The position numbers were made by a program, and so were the translations under genes. Under the pieces are notes generated by a model. It was not told the origin of the DNA and made no database searches. It saw only the letters and a list, made by a program, of their open reading frames with translations. A stretch of DNA of 64,000 nucleotides. It comes from a virus. Every line of letters begins with the position of its first letter. Position 1 is the first letter of the stretch. This document shows, in pieces, positions 29,084 to 39,859 of this stretch. The DNA is taken from positions 1 through 64,000 of IMG/VR virus record IMGVR_UViG_3300030102_007626; one strand, 5' to 3'.

Positions 29084-31999
29084 ATGAGTATAGTAGGAGA
29101 AGAATTAGCATACCCAATATATACCCAAGTTAAAGCTAGACAAATTTTACATGGTAGTGGTAAATCATATACTAGAAATAATAACCAATTAAAAATATTA
29201 AATACCCAAAACTCATGGATAAAACTTGCTTCAGGAGTATCAATAACCCAAGAAAAAGCAGATGAAATGGGAATCCCAGATCTTGCAGGAGATAAGTTAG
29301 CTAAAAAATACGTTTTATTTAACGGAACCTCTCAAGCTGGTAAAAAAGGTGATCCTTTAGCTCAAAAGGGAAAGTTTTTACCTGGAACTTATACAAGAGG
29401 GGAATTTGGAATTGTTCCAATGCCTGGTATTGAAAATTTAACTGTAAAAACTTTAAATCGTGGTTCATTAAAAAAGGCTACTTTAAAATTAAAAGTTCAT
29501 GATAGAACACAATTTGAAGCTATTGAAGTTTTATATTTAAGATTAGGATATACTGTATTAGTTGAATGGGGTAATAACATCTATACTTCAAATGGTACTA
29601 ACCTTAAAACAATAAATACTACTGTAACAGAAAATGCTTTTTTTGTTGATGGAGAGGAGGGATTAGGAAAAAATAAAACTTATTTAGAAGGATTAGGAAC
29701 AATTGAAAAAGAAAGATTAAAATATAGTGGAAATTATGATGGATTTTTTGCTAAAATATCTAATTTTGAGTGGGCATTTCAAGATGATGGTTCTTATGAT
29801 ATAACTATTACTTTAATAAGTTTAGGTGATGTTATAGAATCTTTAAAATCTAATATTTCAATTTCCCCACAATTTATTGAATTTCAATCATATACAGATC
29901 AAAAAGACACTACTAAAGAAGAAATTCAAAGTAGATCAAAAAGTATACTTCATGCTTTTTTATGGACATGGGAGTATGTAAACACAGATGGTACAAGAAT
30001 AAAATACCCTGAATCTTCTAAAGTTAAGATTAATGGTGGTGATGTGGTAGGTTACCAAATGCATATGGGAGATGATACTTTATCAGCAACAAGGTATATT
30101 GTAAAATATAAGAGTGTTTATCAATATAATGGAACTTACACATCATATTCAGACACACAAGGTTCTACAAAAAGAAATTGGATGAGAGCACAGGGTTATG
30201 CTGTTAATGACTCAGGTATTTATGAATACACCCCAGAAGAATATGCTAAAAGTCCTTTTGAAGAGGGAAGTGTAACTCAGAATACTATAGCTGAACAAAA
30301 AGGTTGGATAGCTTATGTAGGGTATCATTATAAAGATTGGGGTGACTGGAGAGAAGAAGCTGATGATGATGCATTAAGTGGTTATAACCCTTATACTATA
30401 GACATAAAAACTGTTACTGATACTACTGAAAATCCTTTACTTGATACTGGGATTATTGGTAGAGATGGTTTTAGAACTACACATAAAGGAAAACCTTTTA
30501 TGTATATAAGATTTGGAGCTTTAATAACCTATCTACAAAATAAAGTAATCCCAAATATTAAATCTGGAAATGAAACAGTTCCTTTATTTAAAATTCAAAA
30601 TGATGCAAAACCTAATGGTACTATTATGTACACTATTCCAAATCAACAGAGTAATGATCTTAAAAAATGTTATATTAGAACTAAACTAGAATTTCCTACT
30701 GATATTACAGAAGACGATGGAACAAAACATTCAAAAGGATCATATTATATAACAGCTAATGACAAGCTTGAACCTTTTAGAACATTAGATTATAATGGTG
30801 ATAGTAAACTAAATAAATATAAAAGTGTTAATAGAGCATTTCCTTTAAATGTTTATTTACATTTTGATTTTGTAAGAGAAGTTTTAGATAGTAATACTGA
30901 TAAAGATGGAAATGTTAGTATATTTAATTTATTAAAGGGATTATGTGATGGTATTAATTTATCACTAGGAGGTATTAATAATTTAGAACCTATAATGCAT
31001 GAAACTACTAATACCCTTCATATTGTAGATACTACCCCTATTCCTGGAAGAGTAAATCCAATAGGAAAATATAAGCTTAATTTATTTGGATATGCTGGTG
31101 AAACCTCAAATTTTATAAGAAAACTAGATGTAAAAACAGCCATCACCCCAGAATATGCTACTATGATCACAGTAGGAGCTACAGCTGGAGGAAATATAAA
31201 AGGAGTTGATGCTACATCTTTTGCTAAATGGAATAAAGGTGTAATAGATAAATTTAAACAAGAATTAGAGCCTGCAGATCAAAGCTCTGCAAATTCATTC
31301 CCTGCAGACCCAGTAAAAAATTATTCTCAAAAAACACTAAAGAATTTTGTTCAAAGTTGGTTATGTGCAGAGACTAGTAAGCAGTTTAGTAGTGAGGGGC
31401 TTTGGAAAGAAGGTGTATCTGATAGTTTAATAGACCAAAATCTTTCAATTAATACGGAATTTTACAAATATGCTATTGCACGAAAAAATCAACTTTCTAG
31501 TGGACCAAATGTAAGTGGAGGAATAGGTTTTATTCCTTTTAAAATTAACTTTACAATAGATGGATTATCAGGTATAAAAATATATAATGTTTTACATGTT
31601 GATACTTCATTTTTACCTAAAGTATATGGTAATACTTTAGATTTTATAGTAACAGGGATAACACATAAAGTAAGTAAGGGAGATTGGGAAACAGAATTAA
31701 CTGTTACGGTAATACCTAAATCCTCAAAAGATGGGGGTGTAATAGAAAATTATGATTATTTATTTACTAAAGAAGCAGAAGAAGCTTTAAAACTTTCTCT
31801 TAGTAATACTGCTTCAAGTGCTACTGCTGCACCTTCTTATGCTTCTCCTAATGTTAATGTTAATACTGGTGGTGGAACTGGGGATGGAAAAGGTACTTTA
31901 GGAACAGGAGCAACAGAGCTTGCAAAGGGTGCATATAAAGATGAAACAGAACTAAATAATGCAATTAAAAAAGGACTAGATATAATAAAGAATTTATAA
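29084..31999 (+). CDS. Baseplate hub protein
   Basis: PMPGI, YLRLGYTVLVEWG, NYDG..AKISNFEW, IDGLSGI, F.VTGITHKV..W.T. Confidence 0.65.
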   Translation: MSIVGEELAYPIYTQVKARQILHGSGKSYTRNNNQLKILNTQNSWIKLASGVSITQEKADEMGIPDLAGDKLAKKYVLFNGTSQAGKKGDPLAQKGKFLPGTYTRGEFGIVPMPGIENLTVKTLNRGSLKKATLKLKVHDRTQFEAIEVLYLRLGYTVLVEWGNNIYTSNGTNLKTINTTVTENAFFVDGEEGLGKNKTYLEGLGTIEKERLKYSGNYDGFFAKISNFEWAFQDDGSYDITITLISLGDVIESLKSNISISPQFIEFQSYTDQKDTTKEEIQSRSKSILHAFLWTWEYVNTDGTRIKYPESSKVKINGGDVVGYQMHMGDDTLSATRYIVKYKSVYQYNGTYTSYSDTQGSTKRNWMRAQGYAVNDSGIYEYTPEEYAKSPFEEGSVTQNTIAEQKGWIAYVGYHYKDWGDWREEADDDALSGYNPYTIDIKTVTDTTENPLLDTGIIGRDGFRTTHKGKPFMYIRFGALITYLQNKVIPNIKSGNETVPLFKIQNDAKPNGTIMYTIPNQQSNDLKKCYIRTKLEFPTDITEDDGTKHSKGSYYITANDKLEPFRTLDYNGDSKLNKYKSVNRAFPLNVYLHFDFVREVLDSNTDKDGNVSIFNLLKGLCDGINLSLGGINNLEPIMHETTNTLHIVDTTPIPGRVNPIGKYKLNLFGYAGETSNFIRKLDVKTAITPEYATMITVGATAGGNIKGVDATSFAKWNKGVIDKFKQELEPADQSSANSFPADPVKNYSQKTLKNFVQSWLCAETSKQFSSEGLWKEGVSDSLIDQNLSINTEFYKYAIARKNQLSSGPNVSGGIGFIPFKINFTIDGLSGIKIYNVLHVDTSFLPKVYGNTLDFIVTGITHKVSKGDWETELTVTVIPKSSKDGGVIENYDYLFTKEAEEALKLSLSNTASSATAAPSYASPNVNVNTGGGTGDGKGTLGTGATELAKGAYKDETELNNAIKKGLDIIKNL

Positions 32000-32003
32000 A
32001 ACT

Positions 32004-32741
32004 ATGGCATATATTAAGGGAGAACCTTTAAAAGAATTAAGGGAAAAAATAATTAAAATAGCTGCTTCTTATGTAGGACAAGCTTCAACAGGAGGCCAAG
32101 ACTCACAGAAACATGACCCAAAATTTAATGAAAAATTAAAATCTCTTGGTTGGGTTCAAAATGGAGGAGCTTTAGGTGCTTATTGCAATTATACTGTTTT
32201 ACTTATATATAGAGAAGCTATAATAGGAGGTAATAGTTTTATAGGTGGAATTGGAAATACAAATAAAAATTGGGAAGGAAAAAGATTTTTTATTGCTGTC
32301 CCTATTAATTCTTCAAAATCAGGAAAAACAAGAAAAGTTCTTTATAGAACTGATTATGGTATGCAAACACCACATACAACAGCAACAAGATGGAACCATC
32401 AACTGTTTAATCGTTTTATTAGTGTTTCTTCTAATTCTAATAATCTAGGAAGACCTGGAACTCCTTCTAAATTTAAAAAATATGTAGAAGAAGGTTATAT
32501 TCTCCCAGGAGATAGTGTTTTATTTGATTGGAAGGAAAGTCCACAATTACCTCGAACAGAAGATCATATAGGTATTTATATAGCTCCTGCAAATAGTACT
32601 TATACACATGCTATATGTATAGAGGGCAATACAAGACCCGAAGGTGCGGCATATGGAAATCCAAATGGTGTTTGGATGAGACTACGACCAATAAGTCAAA
32701 TTATGGGGTTTAATCAATTAGTATTAAGAGAAAACATGTAG
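32004..32741 (+). CDS. CHAP/NlpC-like peptidoglycan hydrolase (tail-associated lysin candidate)
   Basis: IAASYVG, AYC (catalytic Cys), PGD, HIGI, IEGN. Confidence 0.7.
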   Translation: MAYIKGEPLKELREKIIKIAASYVGQASTGGQDSQKHDPKFNEKLKSLGWVQNGGALGAYCNYTVLLIYREAIIGGNSFIGGIGNTNKNWEGKRFFIAVPINSSKSGKTRKVLYRTDYGMQTPHTTATRWNHQLFNRFISVSSNSNNLGRPGTPSKFKKYVEEGYILPGDSVLFDWKESPQLPRTEDHIGIYIAPANSTYTHAICIEGNTRPEGAAYGNPNGVWMRLRPISQIMGFNQLVLRENM

Positions 32742-32744
32742 ATT

Positions 32745-33671
32745 ATGCCTTATTATCCACTTTCCCAAATACAAACCGACTTCTTTACTAATGGAGATGA
32801 ATATGCTTTTATAAACACCGAGGAACTTTATACAGGCCCATACTATAAAACTTCTGATGGAAAATTTTATTCAGGAAAAATCCCAAACCAACAATCAAAA
32901 GAATTAATCCCTGTTAATCCTGCTACTCTTAAACCCCCAACTGGCCCAAATTTTTCAATAAAACCTTCAGAAAATTCAATTAATATTGTTGGAGGTCCAA
33001 CACAAACTGATAATCCTATATATGATCCTAATGGAAACTTTTTACCTACCTCAGATAACTCAGGGTATATTTTTGATGGGAATTCAAGAATATTACCCAC
33101 TCCTTATTATCCTATTTTAACCCAAAAACAAAAAAATAATAAACAGTTTACAAGGTATTTTACTAAAAAAACAAATGAACTAAAATATATAGAAATTGAT
33201 AAAATAACTTATGATGCTTTACTAAACAAAGAAGCGGATATTGCTTATGATCTATATGAACCTGCTTCTCTTATTTGGAGAATAGAAGGAGATAGAACAG
33301 AAATATTTAACTCAAATAAAGGATCAGCTTTATCAGTTGAACAACAATCTAGATGGCCAGGTTTTTCTCAATATTTTAAAGATAAGTTTACACAATTTTA
33401 TCAAACACAAACAGTCCAAGAAAATTTATATACAAATGGGGGTGAATTTCAAACCCCTGACGGAAAAGAATATATAGGTCCGTATCATCTCCATCCTGAA
33501 AAAGGAGCTATGGTAGGTGCTGTTCATGTAAAGAAAAAACATGATTTATTATTTCCTTTATCTCCTGATGCTCCTCAAATTGAAACACCACCCCCATCTC
33601 AACCAAAACAACCATCAACATCTCCTCCTTCAATGGGTGGAGGAGGATATTCTGGTGGAGGAGGATATTAA
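32745..33671 (+). CDS. Hypothetical baseplate-region protein with duplicated TNG.E...Y.GPY domain
   Basis: FTNGDEY...YTGPYY and YTNGGEF...YIGPYH; Pro/Gly-rich tail. Confidence 0.65.
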   Translation: MPYYPLSQIQTDFFTNGDEYAFINTEELYTGPYYKTSDGKFYSGKIPNQQSKELIPVNPATLKPPTGPNFSIKPSENSINIVGGPTQTDNPIYDPNGNFLPTSDNSGYIFDGNSRILPTPYYPILTQKQKNNKQFTRYFTKKTNELKYIEIDKITYDALLNKEADIAYDLYEPASLIWRIEGDRTEIFNSNKGSALSVEQQSRWPGFSQYFKDKFTQFYQTQTVQENLYTNGGEFQTPDGKEYIGPYHLHPEKGAMVGAVHVKKKHDLLFPLSPDAPQIETPPPSQPKQPSTSPPSMGGGGYSGGGGY

Positions 33672-33711
33672 AATATTTGTTTTTTTAAATATTTTTTAGT
33701 ATCTTAATCTT

Positions 33712-34989
33712 ATGTATTGGCTTATAGAAAATCAAACTAAGATAGATCATCTTTGTCAAATAAAACACAAAGAAGCGTATGTTGAGGTAATTCCAACATC
33801 ACCATTTCTACACCCTGTAGAAAATAATATATGTGCTATCTATATTAGACCAATAACAGATACAAAAGGATATATTATTCCAATAAATCATAGTGAAACA
33901 ATAAATTTTAATATAGAAGAAGGAATAAAAGTATTAAATAGCATAGAAAACATTCACATAAGGGATAAAAAGGAATTTCTACATTATATAAAAGAAGTAC
34001 CATTTAATAACTTACTACAACCACCCCCATCCCTTACTACGTATATACCAGAATTAACCCCTGCTCATAACCATATTAATCAAAATAGTGGTGGACGTGT
34101 GCATACTAACCCATTAATACCAATAGTTAAACACTATGAGGTATGTAAAGAAAATTATAGAAATTTTACATTTACAAAACCAAATTTGTTTTATAATAAT
34201 AGAGCATCAATTGTGTTTAATATGATAGAACAAGCGGGAATTAAAGTAGATAACACGTTGTATCAACATTATTTTGATAAAGGCACTAATGATGGCTATG
34301 TATACACACAATATAATTTTAACACAACAACTACGAGACCCTCTAATAGATATGGAGGTGTAAATTACTCGGCATTAAATAAAGAAAATGGAGAAAGAAA
34401 ATGTTTTAAACCGCGTAACGACTTATTTATCGAAATGGATATTAGTGCTTACCATCCTACCCTTTTGGCTAGTCTCTGTGATTATAACTTTCATACTGTG
34501 GATGTTCATGAGTCTTTTGCTGAAATGTATGGAGTTGACTACAATAAAGCCAAAGAAATTACGTTTAAGCAAATCTATGGAGGGATTTGGGAAAAGTATG
34601 AACATCTTCCGTATTTTAAAAAAGTAAAAGTATATACAAATAAATTATGGGAAGAGTTTCAAACAAAAGGATATATAGAATGTCCAATATCTAAATATAG
34701 ATTTGAAAGAGATAAGCTGGATAATATGAATCCACAAAAACTTTTAAATTATTTACTACAAAACTTGGAAACCTCAACTAATGTTCTTATACTATGGGAT
34801 ATTTTTAAACTTTTACGAAGAAAAAATACTAAACTCGTATTATATGTTTATGATTCGTTTTTATTAGATTATGATGAAAGTGAGGCAGAAGTTTTAGAAC
34901 AAATTAAAGAAATATTTAAACAAAGAAATTTACAAATTAAAACAAAAATAGGCAAAGATTATAGTTTTGCAACAACAAATTATGCTTAA
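33712..34989 (+). CDS. Compact family A DNA polymerase-like protein
   Basis: TTTTRPS, motif A MDISAYHP, motif B KAKEITFKQIYG, NYLLQ, motif C YVYDS. Confidence 0.8.
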   Translation: MYWLIENQTKIDHLCQIKHKEAYVEVIPTSPFLHPVENNICAIYIRPITDTKGYIIPINHSETINFNIEEGIKVLNSIENIHIRDKKEFLHYIKEVPFNNLLQPPPSLTTYIPELTPAHNHINQNSGGRVHTNPLIPIVKHYEVCKENYRNFTFTKPNLFYNNRASIVFNMIEQAGIKVDNTLYQHYFDKGTNDGYVYTQYNFNTTTTRPSNRYGGVNYSALNKENGERKCFKPRNDLFIEMDISAYHPTLLASLCDYNFHTVDVHESFAEMYGVDYNKAKEITFKQIYGGIWEKYEHLPYFKKVKVYTNKLWEEFQTKGYIECPISKYRFERDKLDNMNPQKLLNYLLQNLETSTNVLILWDIFKLLRRKNTKLVLYVYDSFLLDYDESEAEVLEQIKEIFKQRNLQIKTKIGKDYSFATTNYA

Positions 34990-35443
34990 TACTTTAGAAG
35001 ATTCACTCCATACGTATAATAAATATGACTTTAATAGTTATATGGATATTACATCAATGAATAATAGACTGTTTTGTACTTTTACTACTTTAGATGAATT
35101 AGATGCTCTAGTTGAGCAACTATCAAGTAAATATATTATAATGTATAACAAAATGTTTGCATTACAAGTTAAAAGTAACAATGAATATGTTATAACCTAT
35201 AATGTTGATCAAGGTAATATTAATGATATACCTGAAAATACTATTCTTGTACATAGAAAAAAAGAATCTAATACTTTATATACAATAAATGCTCTTAATG
35301 AGTTAATAAAAAAATTAAATAATGGGGTAGTTGATACTAAATTTCCTATAAATTGGCAACATTATAGAAATTGTATTTTGCTTACCCAACATAACGAAAT
35401 TAAACAACTAAATACAAAAATTCATAAAATTATTGAATTATAG
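34982..35443 (+). CDS. Conserved-looking hypothetical protein (start uncertain)
   Basis: LFCTF...HRKKESNTLYTINALN; in the replication block. Confidence 0.65.
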   Translation: MLNTLEDSLHTYNKYDFNSYMDITSMNNRLFCTFTTLDELDALVEQLSSKYIIMYNKMFALQVKSNNEYVITYNVDQGNINDIPENTILVHRKKESNTLYTINALNELIKKLNNGVVDTKFPINWQHYRNCILLTQHNEIKQLNTKIHKIIEL

Positions 35444-35472
35444 TTGGATATTAAAATAAAGGTTATTATATT
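35444..35472 (+). promoter_or_regulatory. Host-sigma (Bacteroidota-type) promoter TTGG-N19-TATATT (representative copy)
   Basis: Identical spacing at 10 intergenic sites (see findings). Confidence 0.7.
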
Positions 35473-35503
35473 ATAGTTACAAATTTTTAAATAAGTTATC
35501 AAT

Positions 35504-36331
35504 ATGAATCTAGATGCAATCAAGAAAAAACTTGACACATTACAACAATCTTCTAATAATGGAAGTAACAAAGCTGACTACCCTCAGCTGAAAAAATTTA
35601 AACCCTCTGTAGGTAAACAAACAGTAAGAGTTGTACCATTTAAGTACAATAAGGATTATCCTTTTACTGAAATGAAATTTTATTATAACATTGGTAAGTT
35701 TAGAATGCTTGCTTCTCCTTTAAATTGGGATGAAAAAGACCCAATTGCTGAGTTTGCAAAGCAACTTAGAGGTACTAATGATAAGGAAAATTGGCGTTTA
35801 GCTAAAAAACTAGACCCTAAAACTCGTATATTTGTCCCTGTAGTTGTTAGAGGACAAGAATCAGAAGGAGTTCAAATGTGGGAATTTGGAAAATTAATTT
35901 ATGAAGCATTCCTAAATTTAGCTGCTGATGAAGAAGTAGGTGATTTTACAGATATTGTAAATGGTAGAGATATTAAACTAGTTACTACTGGTCCTGATAC
36001 TAATGGTACTAAATATAATGCTACTACAATTTCACCATCAATGAAACAAACCCCTTTATCAACTGATAAAGCACAAGTTGAAACGTTTTTAAATGATCAA
36101 CAAAATCCTAAAGAAACATTCCGTCCACTTCCATTTGATACTCTTAAAGGTGCTCTTCAAGAATGGTTATCACCTGAAGAAGATGAAGAAGGAGAAATTT
36201 CATCTGAACCCCCTGTAGGATTTGATGATGAAAAACCTGAATCAAACTATAGTCTTTCTACTAAAAAGAAAGAAACTAAAGTAGATAAGTTTGATGAAAT
36301 GTTTGATAAAGAAGACGATTTACCATTTTAA
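35504..36331 (+). CDS. gp32: Single-stranded DNA-binding protein (gp32-like)
   Basis: VVVRG.E.EGV.MWEFG, GDFTD..GRD, acidic tail ending DDLPF. Confidence 0.85.
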   Translation: MNLDAIKKKLDTLQQSSNNGSNKADYPQLKKFKPSVGKQTVRVVPFKYNKDYPFTEMKFYYNIGKFRMLASPLNWDEKDPIAEFAKQLRGTNDKENWRLAKKLDPKTRIFVPVVVRGQESEGVQMWEFGKLIYEAFLNLAADEEVGDFTDIVNGRDIKLVTTGPDTNGTKYNATTISPSMKQTPLSTDKAQVETFLNDQQNPKETFRPLPFDTLKGALQEWLSPEEDEEGEISSEPPVGFDDEKPESNYSLSTKKKETKVDKFDEMFDKEDDLPF

Positions 36332-36341
36332 ATAAAGTTAT

Positions 36342-37418
36342 ATGCCAAGAAAAAGAAAATCACTGTCTGAAGCAGTAGATAAGGAACTAAAATCTAGTTT
36401 TAATTTAAATAGTTTTAAAAATAAAAAGGGTTTAGCATCTAATGTAAAATTTAAAGCACAAGACTGGGTACCACTTTCACCGGCATTTCAAGAAGTTACA
36501 TCAGTACCAGGAATACCTTTAGGCCATATTGTTTTACTTAGAGGACATTCAGATACAGGAAAAACTACCGCGCTACTCGAGGCAGCAGTTGCTGCTCAAA
36601 AGCGTGGTATACTACCTGTTTTTATCATTACAGAAATGAAATGGTCATGGGAACATGCTAAAATGATGGGTTTTGAAGTTAATGAAATATTTGATGAAGA
36701 AACAGGTGAGTTAATTGATTATGAAGGTCAATTTCTTTATGTTGATAGAGAAACTATTAACACAATTGAAGATGTTGCTGCGTTTATTTTAGATTTAATG
36801 GATGAACAAAAGAAAGGTAATTTACCATATGATCTTTTATTTTTATGGGATTCAATTGGTTCTGTACCTTGTGAAATGTCTGTTAAATCAAACAAAAATA
36901 ATAATGAATGGAACGCAGGTGCTATGTCAACTCAATTTGGAAATAATGTTAATCAGCGTATTACATTATCACGTAAAGAAAGCTCAAAATACACGAATAC
37001 TTTAGTTTGTGTCAATAAAGTTTGGGCAGCTAAACCTGTTGTACCTATGGGACAACCTAAATTAATGAATAAAGGAGGATTTGCAATGTGGTTTGACGCT
37101 ACATTTGTAGTAACATTTGGAAATATTGCAGACTCTGGTACTTCAAAATTAAAAGCTATCAAAGATGGTAAACAAGTAGAATTTGCTAAACGAACAAATT
37201 TACAAATTGATAAAAACCATATTAATGGTATACAATCTAGAGGAAGAATTATAATGACTCCTCATGGATTTATTACAGATACAGATAAAGATTTAAAGAA
37301 GTATAAAGAATCACAAGCAGAAGAATGGAGACACGTGTTAGGAGGAGGAGACTTTAATATAATTGAAGAAAATTCCGATACTTCACAAGTTGAATCCTTT
37401 ATAAACGAACCAGAATAA
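36342..37418 (+). CDS. uvsX: RecA/UvsX-like recombinase
   Basis: Walker A GHSDTGKT, Walker B FLWDSIG, KNH. Confidence 0.85.
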   Translation: MPRKRKSLSEAVDKELKSSFNLNSFKNKKGLASNVKFKAQDWVPLSPAFQEVTSVPGIPLGHIVLLRGHSDTGKTTALLEAAVAAQKRGILPVFIITEMKWSWEHAKMMGFEVNEIFDEETGELIDYEGQFLYVDRETINTIEDVAAFILDLMDEQKKGNLPYDLLFLWDSIGSVPCEMSVKSNKNNNEWNAGAMSTQFGNNVNQRITLSRKESSKYTNTLVCVNKVWAAKPVVPMGQPKLMNKGGFAMWFDATFVVTFGNIADSGTSKLKAIKDGKQVEFAKRTNLQIDKNHINGIQSRGRIIMTPHGFITDTDKDLKKYKESQAEEWRHVLGGGDFNIIEENSDTSQVESFINEPE

Positions 37419-37425
37419 AAGTTAT

Positions 37426-38454
37426 ATGAAAAAAGACCTTCTAAATCTCCTAGATAATATTCAAGAAACAGGAGTAAAATTGCCACAACCTGAAAGATAT
37501 ATGCTTATCGACGGCCTAAATCTATTTTTTAGAAATTTTAGTGTTATAAGAGCTGTCAACCCCGATGGAGCACATATTGGGGGTTTAGGAGGATTTTTTC
37601 GTTCATTAGGTTTTTTAATTAAACAAATTCAACCAACTCAAGTATATGTTGTGTTTGATGGGGTTGGTTCTTCTAATAATAGAAAAAATATTATTCCTGA
37701 ATATAAATCTAATAGAAATATTAATAGAATTACTAATTGGGATATATTTGATAATATAGAAGAAGAAGATCAAGCTAAAGTTGATCAAATTACTAGAATA
37801 ATTCAATATTTAAAAACATTACCTGTAAAGACTATTTCAATTGATAAAGTAGAAGCAGATGATATTATAGCTTATTTAGCTCAAACATTACCTACTAAAC
37901 CTGATGATAGAGCTTTTATAGTATCTAGTGATAAAGATTATCTTCAATTAGTTGATAATAATACTGTTGTTTATAGACCAATAGAAAAAGAATTTTATGT
38001 AGAACAAACAGTAAAAGATAAATTTAAAGTTACTCCACATAATTTTTTATTATATAAACTATTAATGGGAGATAATTCAGATGGTATACCGGGTATAAAA
38101 GGATTAGGACTTAAAAAGTTATATAAATTATTCCCTGAACTTACAGAAAAAAACATGTCTTTTAATGATTTACTTAATTTATGTGAAAACAAATTAAAAA
38201 GTCATATAATATATGCTCGTGTTTTACATGACATAGAATTATTAGAAAATAAATATAAGGTTATGGATCTATCAAACCCTATGATAGATGATAAGGATAA
38301 AATATTTATAGATAAATTTGTAGAAAATACACCTATAAATTATTTACCTTCACAATTTATAGAAATGTATCAACAAGATCAACTTGGAGGTTTAATAAGA
38401 AATGTTGATATATGGATTAAAGAAGTTTTTGAAAATTTGTTGGAAAACAAATAA
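37426..38454 (+). CDS. rnh: 5'-3' exonuclease / RNase H (FEN family)
   Basis: IDGLN, VFDG, EYK.NR, EADDIIA, SSDKD, GDNSDGIPG. Confidence 0.9.
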   Translation: MKKDLLNLLDNIQETGVKLPQPERYMLIDGLNLFFRNFSVIRAVNPDGAHIGGLGGFFRSLGFLIKQIQPTQVYVVFDGVGSSNNRKNIIPEYKSNRNINRITNWDIFDNIEEEDQAKVDQITRIIQYLKTLPVKTISIDKVEADDIIAYLAQTLPTKPDDRAFIVSSDKDYLQLVDNNTVVYRPIEKEFYVEQTVKDKFKVTPHNFLLYKLLMGDNSDGIPGIKGLGLKKLYKLFPELTEKNMSFNDLLNLCENKLKSHIIYARVLHDIELLENKYKVMDLSNPMIDDKDKIFIDKFVENTPINYLPSQFIEMYQQDQLGGLIRNVDIWIKEVFENLLENK

Positions 38455-38486
38455 AATATTTTTACATTTAAATAAAAGTTATAAAA

Positions 38487-39845
38487 ATGACGTTAAAATC
38501 AATTGACGAATACGGATCAGTCTTTCAAATGAAGGTTATTTCTTCATTGTTAACACATAAGAATTTTTTACAAAATATAAATGATGTTTTAGATAGTGAA
38601 TATTTTACCAACCCAGCACATAAATGGATTATAAATGAAATATTAGATTATTACGAAAAATATCATACTACTATTTCAATGGATATTTTAAAAGTTGAAA
38701 TGAAAAAAGTAGAAAATGAAGTACTTCAAGTTTCAATTAGAGAACAGTTACGTGAAGCATATAAAGCAGATATAGAAGATTTAACTTATGTTCAAGAAGA
38801 ATTTTCTGCATTTTGTAAAAATCAACAACTTAAAAAAGCACTATTAAATAGCGTAGATTTACTTAAAGCAGGTGATTATGATTCTATAAAGTTTATGATT
38901 GAAGCAGCTATGAAAGCTGGTCAAGATAAAAATATAGGACATGAATATAGAAAAGACGTAGAGTCTAGATATAGAGAAGACCATAGAACAATTGTTCCAA
39001 CTCCTTGGGAACCTATAAATCAATTAATACAAGGTGGTTTAGGTAATGGTGATTTAGGATTAATATTTGGTAATCCTGGAGGAGGTAAATCTTGGACATT
39101 AGTTGCTTTAGGAGGATTTGCTGTTAAATTAGGTTATAATGTAATCCATTATACTTTAGAACTAAGTGAATCATATACAGGAAGACGATATGACGCTTAT
39201 TTTACTAGTATAGCTGTAGATAATCTAGAAAAACATAAAACTAAAGTAGAAGAAGTAGTACCTGAACTCCCAGGTGAATTAATAATTAAAGAATATCCTA
39301 TGGGTAAAACTACTATGTCTACAATAGAAGCCCATATTAAAAAAGTTACTGATTTAGGAATTAAACCTGATTTAATTCTTATTGACTATATTGACCTTCT
39401 TTCAACAAAAAAGAAAAATGTTGATCGTAAAGGAGAAATAGATGATATTTATACTAGTACAAAAGGATTAGCAAGACAGTTAAACATACCTATTTGGTCA
39501 GTTTCACAAGTAAATCGTGCAGGTGCTAAAGATAATGTCATAGAAGGAGACAAAGCAGCTGGTAGTTACGATAAAATGATGATTACAGATTTGTCTATAT
39601 CCTTATCAAGAAAAAAAGAAGATAAAGTAAACGGAACAGGAAGATTTCACATTATGAAAAATCGATATGGGATGGATGGCCTTACTTACCAAGTTGGTGT
39701 TGACACAACTATTGGGAAAATAGAGATTGGAGATGTTTATGATGATGAAGCTGATACTGTTACACCTGGCTCTTCAAGTTATAATACTGTTGACGACTTA
39801 GATCGTCAAATGCTGAAAAACAAATTTTTTGAATTAAACACTTAA
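38487..39845 (+). CDS. gp41: Replicative DnaB-like helicase (gp41-like)
   Basis: GNPGGGKS, YTLEL, IDYIDLL, SQVNR, KNRYG. Confidence 0.9.
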   Translation: MTLKSIDEYGSVFQMKVISSLLTHKNFLQNINDVLDSEYFTNPAHKWIINEILDYYEKYHTTISMDILKVEMKKVENEVLQVSIREQLREAYKADIEDLTYVQEEFSAFCKNQQLKKALLNSVDLLKAGDYDSIKFMIEAAMKAGQDKNIGHEYRKDVESRYREDHRTIVPTPWEPINQLIQGGLGNGDLGLIFGNPGGGKSWTLVALGGFAVKLGYNVIHYTLELSESYTGRRYDAYFTSIAVDNLEKHKTKVEEVVPELPGELIIKEYPMGKTTMSTIEAHIKKVTDLGIKPDLILIDYIDLLSTKKKNVDRKGEIDDIYTSTKGLARQLNIPIWSVSQVNRAGAKDNVIEGDKAAGSYDKMMITDLSISLSRKKEDKVNGTGRFHIMKNRYGMDGLTYQVGVDTTIGKIEIGDVYDDEADTVTPGSSSYNTVDDLDRQMLKNKFFELNT

Positions 39846-39859
39846 TACTTTACTAAATT

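Noticed and set aside
17061-32741. Extracellular contractile injection system or tailocin
   Set aside because: Contiguous with capsid, protease, neck and replication genes, so it is a phage tail.
25592-33671. Short tandem repeats at about 25594-25620 (SSPQ x2) and 33636-33668 (GGGGY x2)
   Set aside because: Low-complexity linker/tail duplications with no sign of function.
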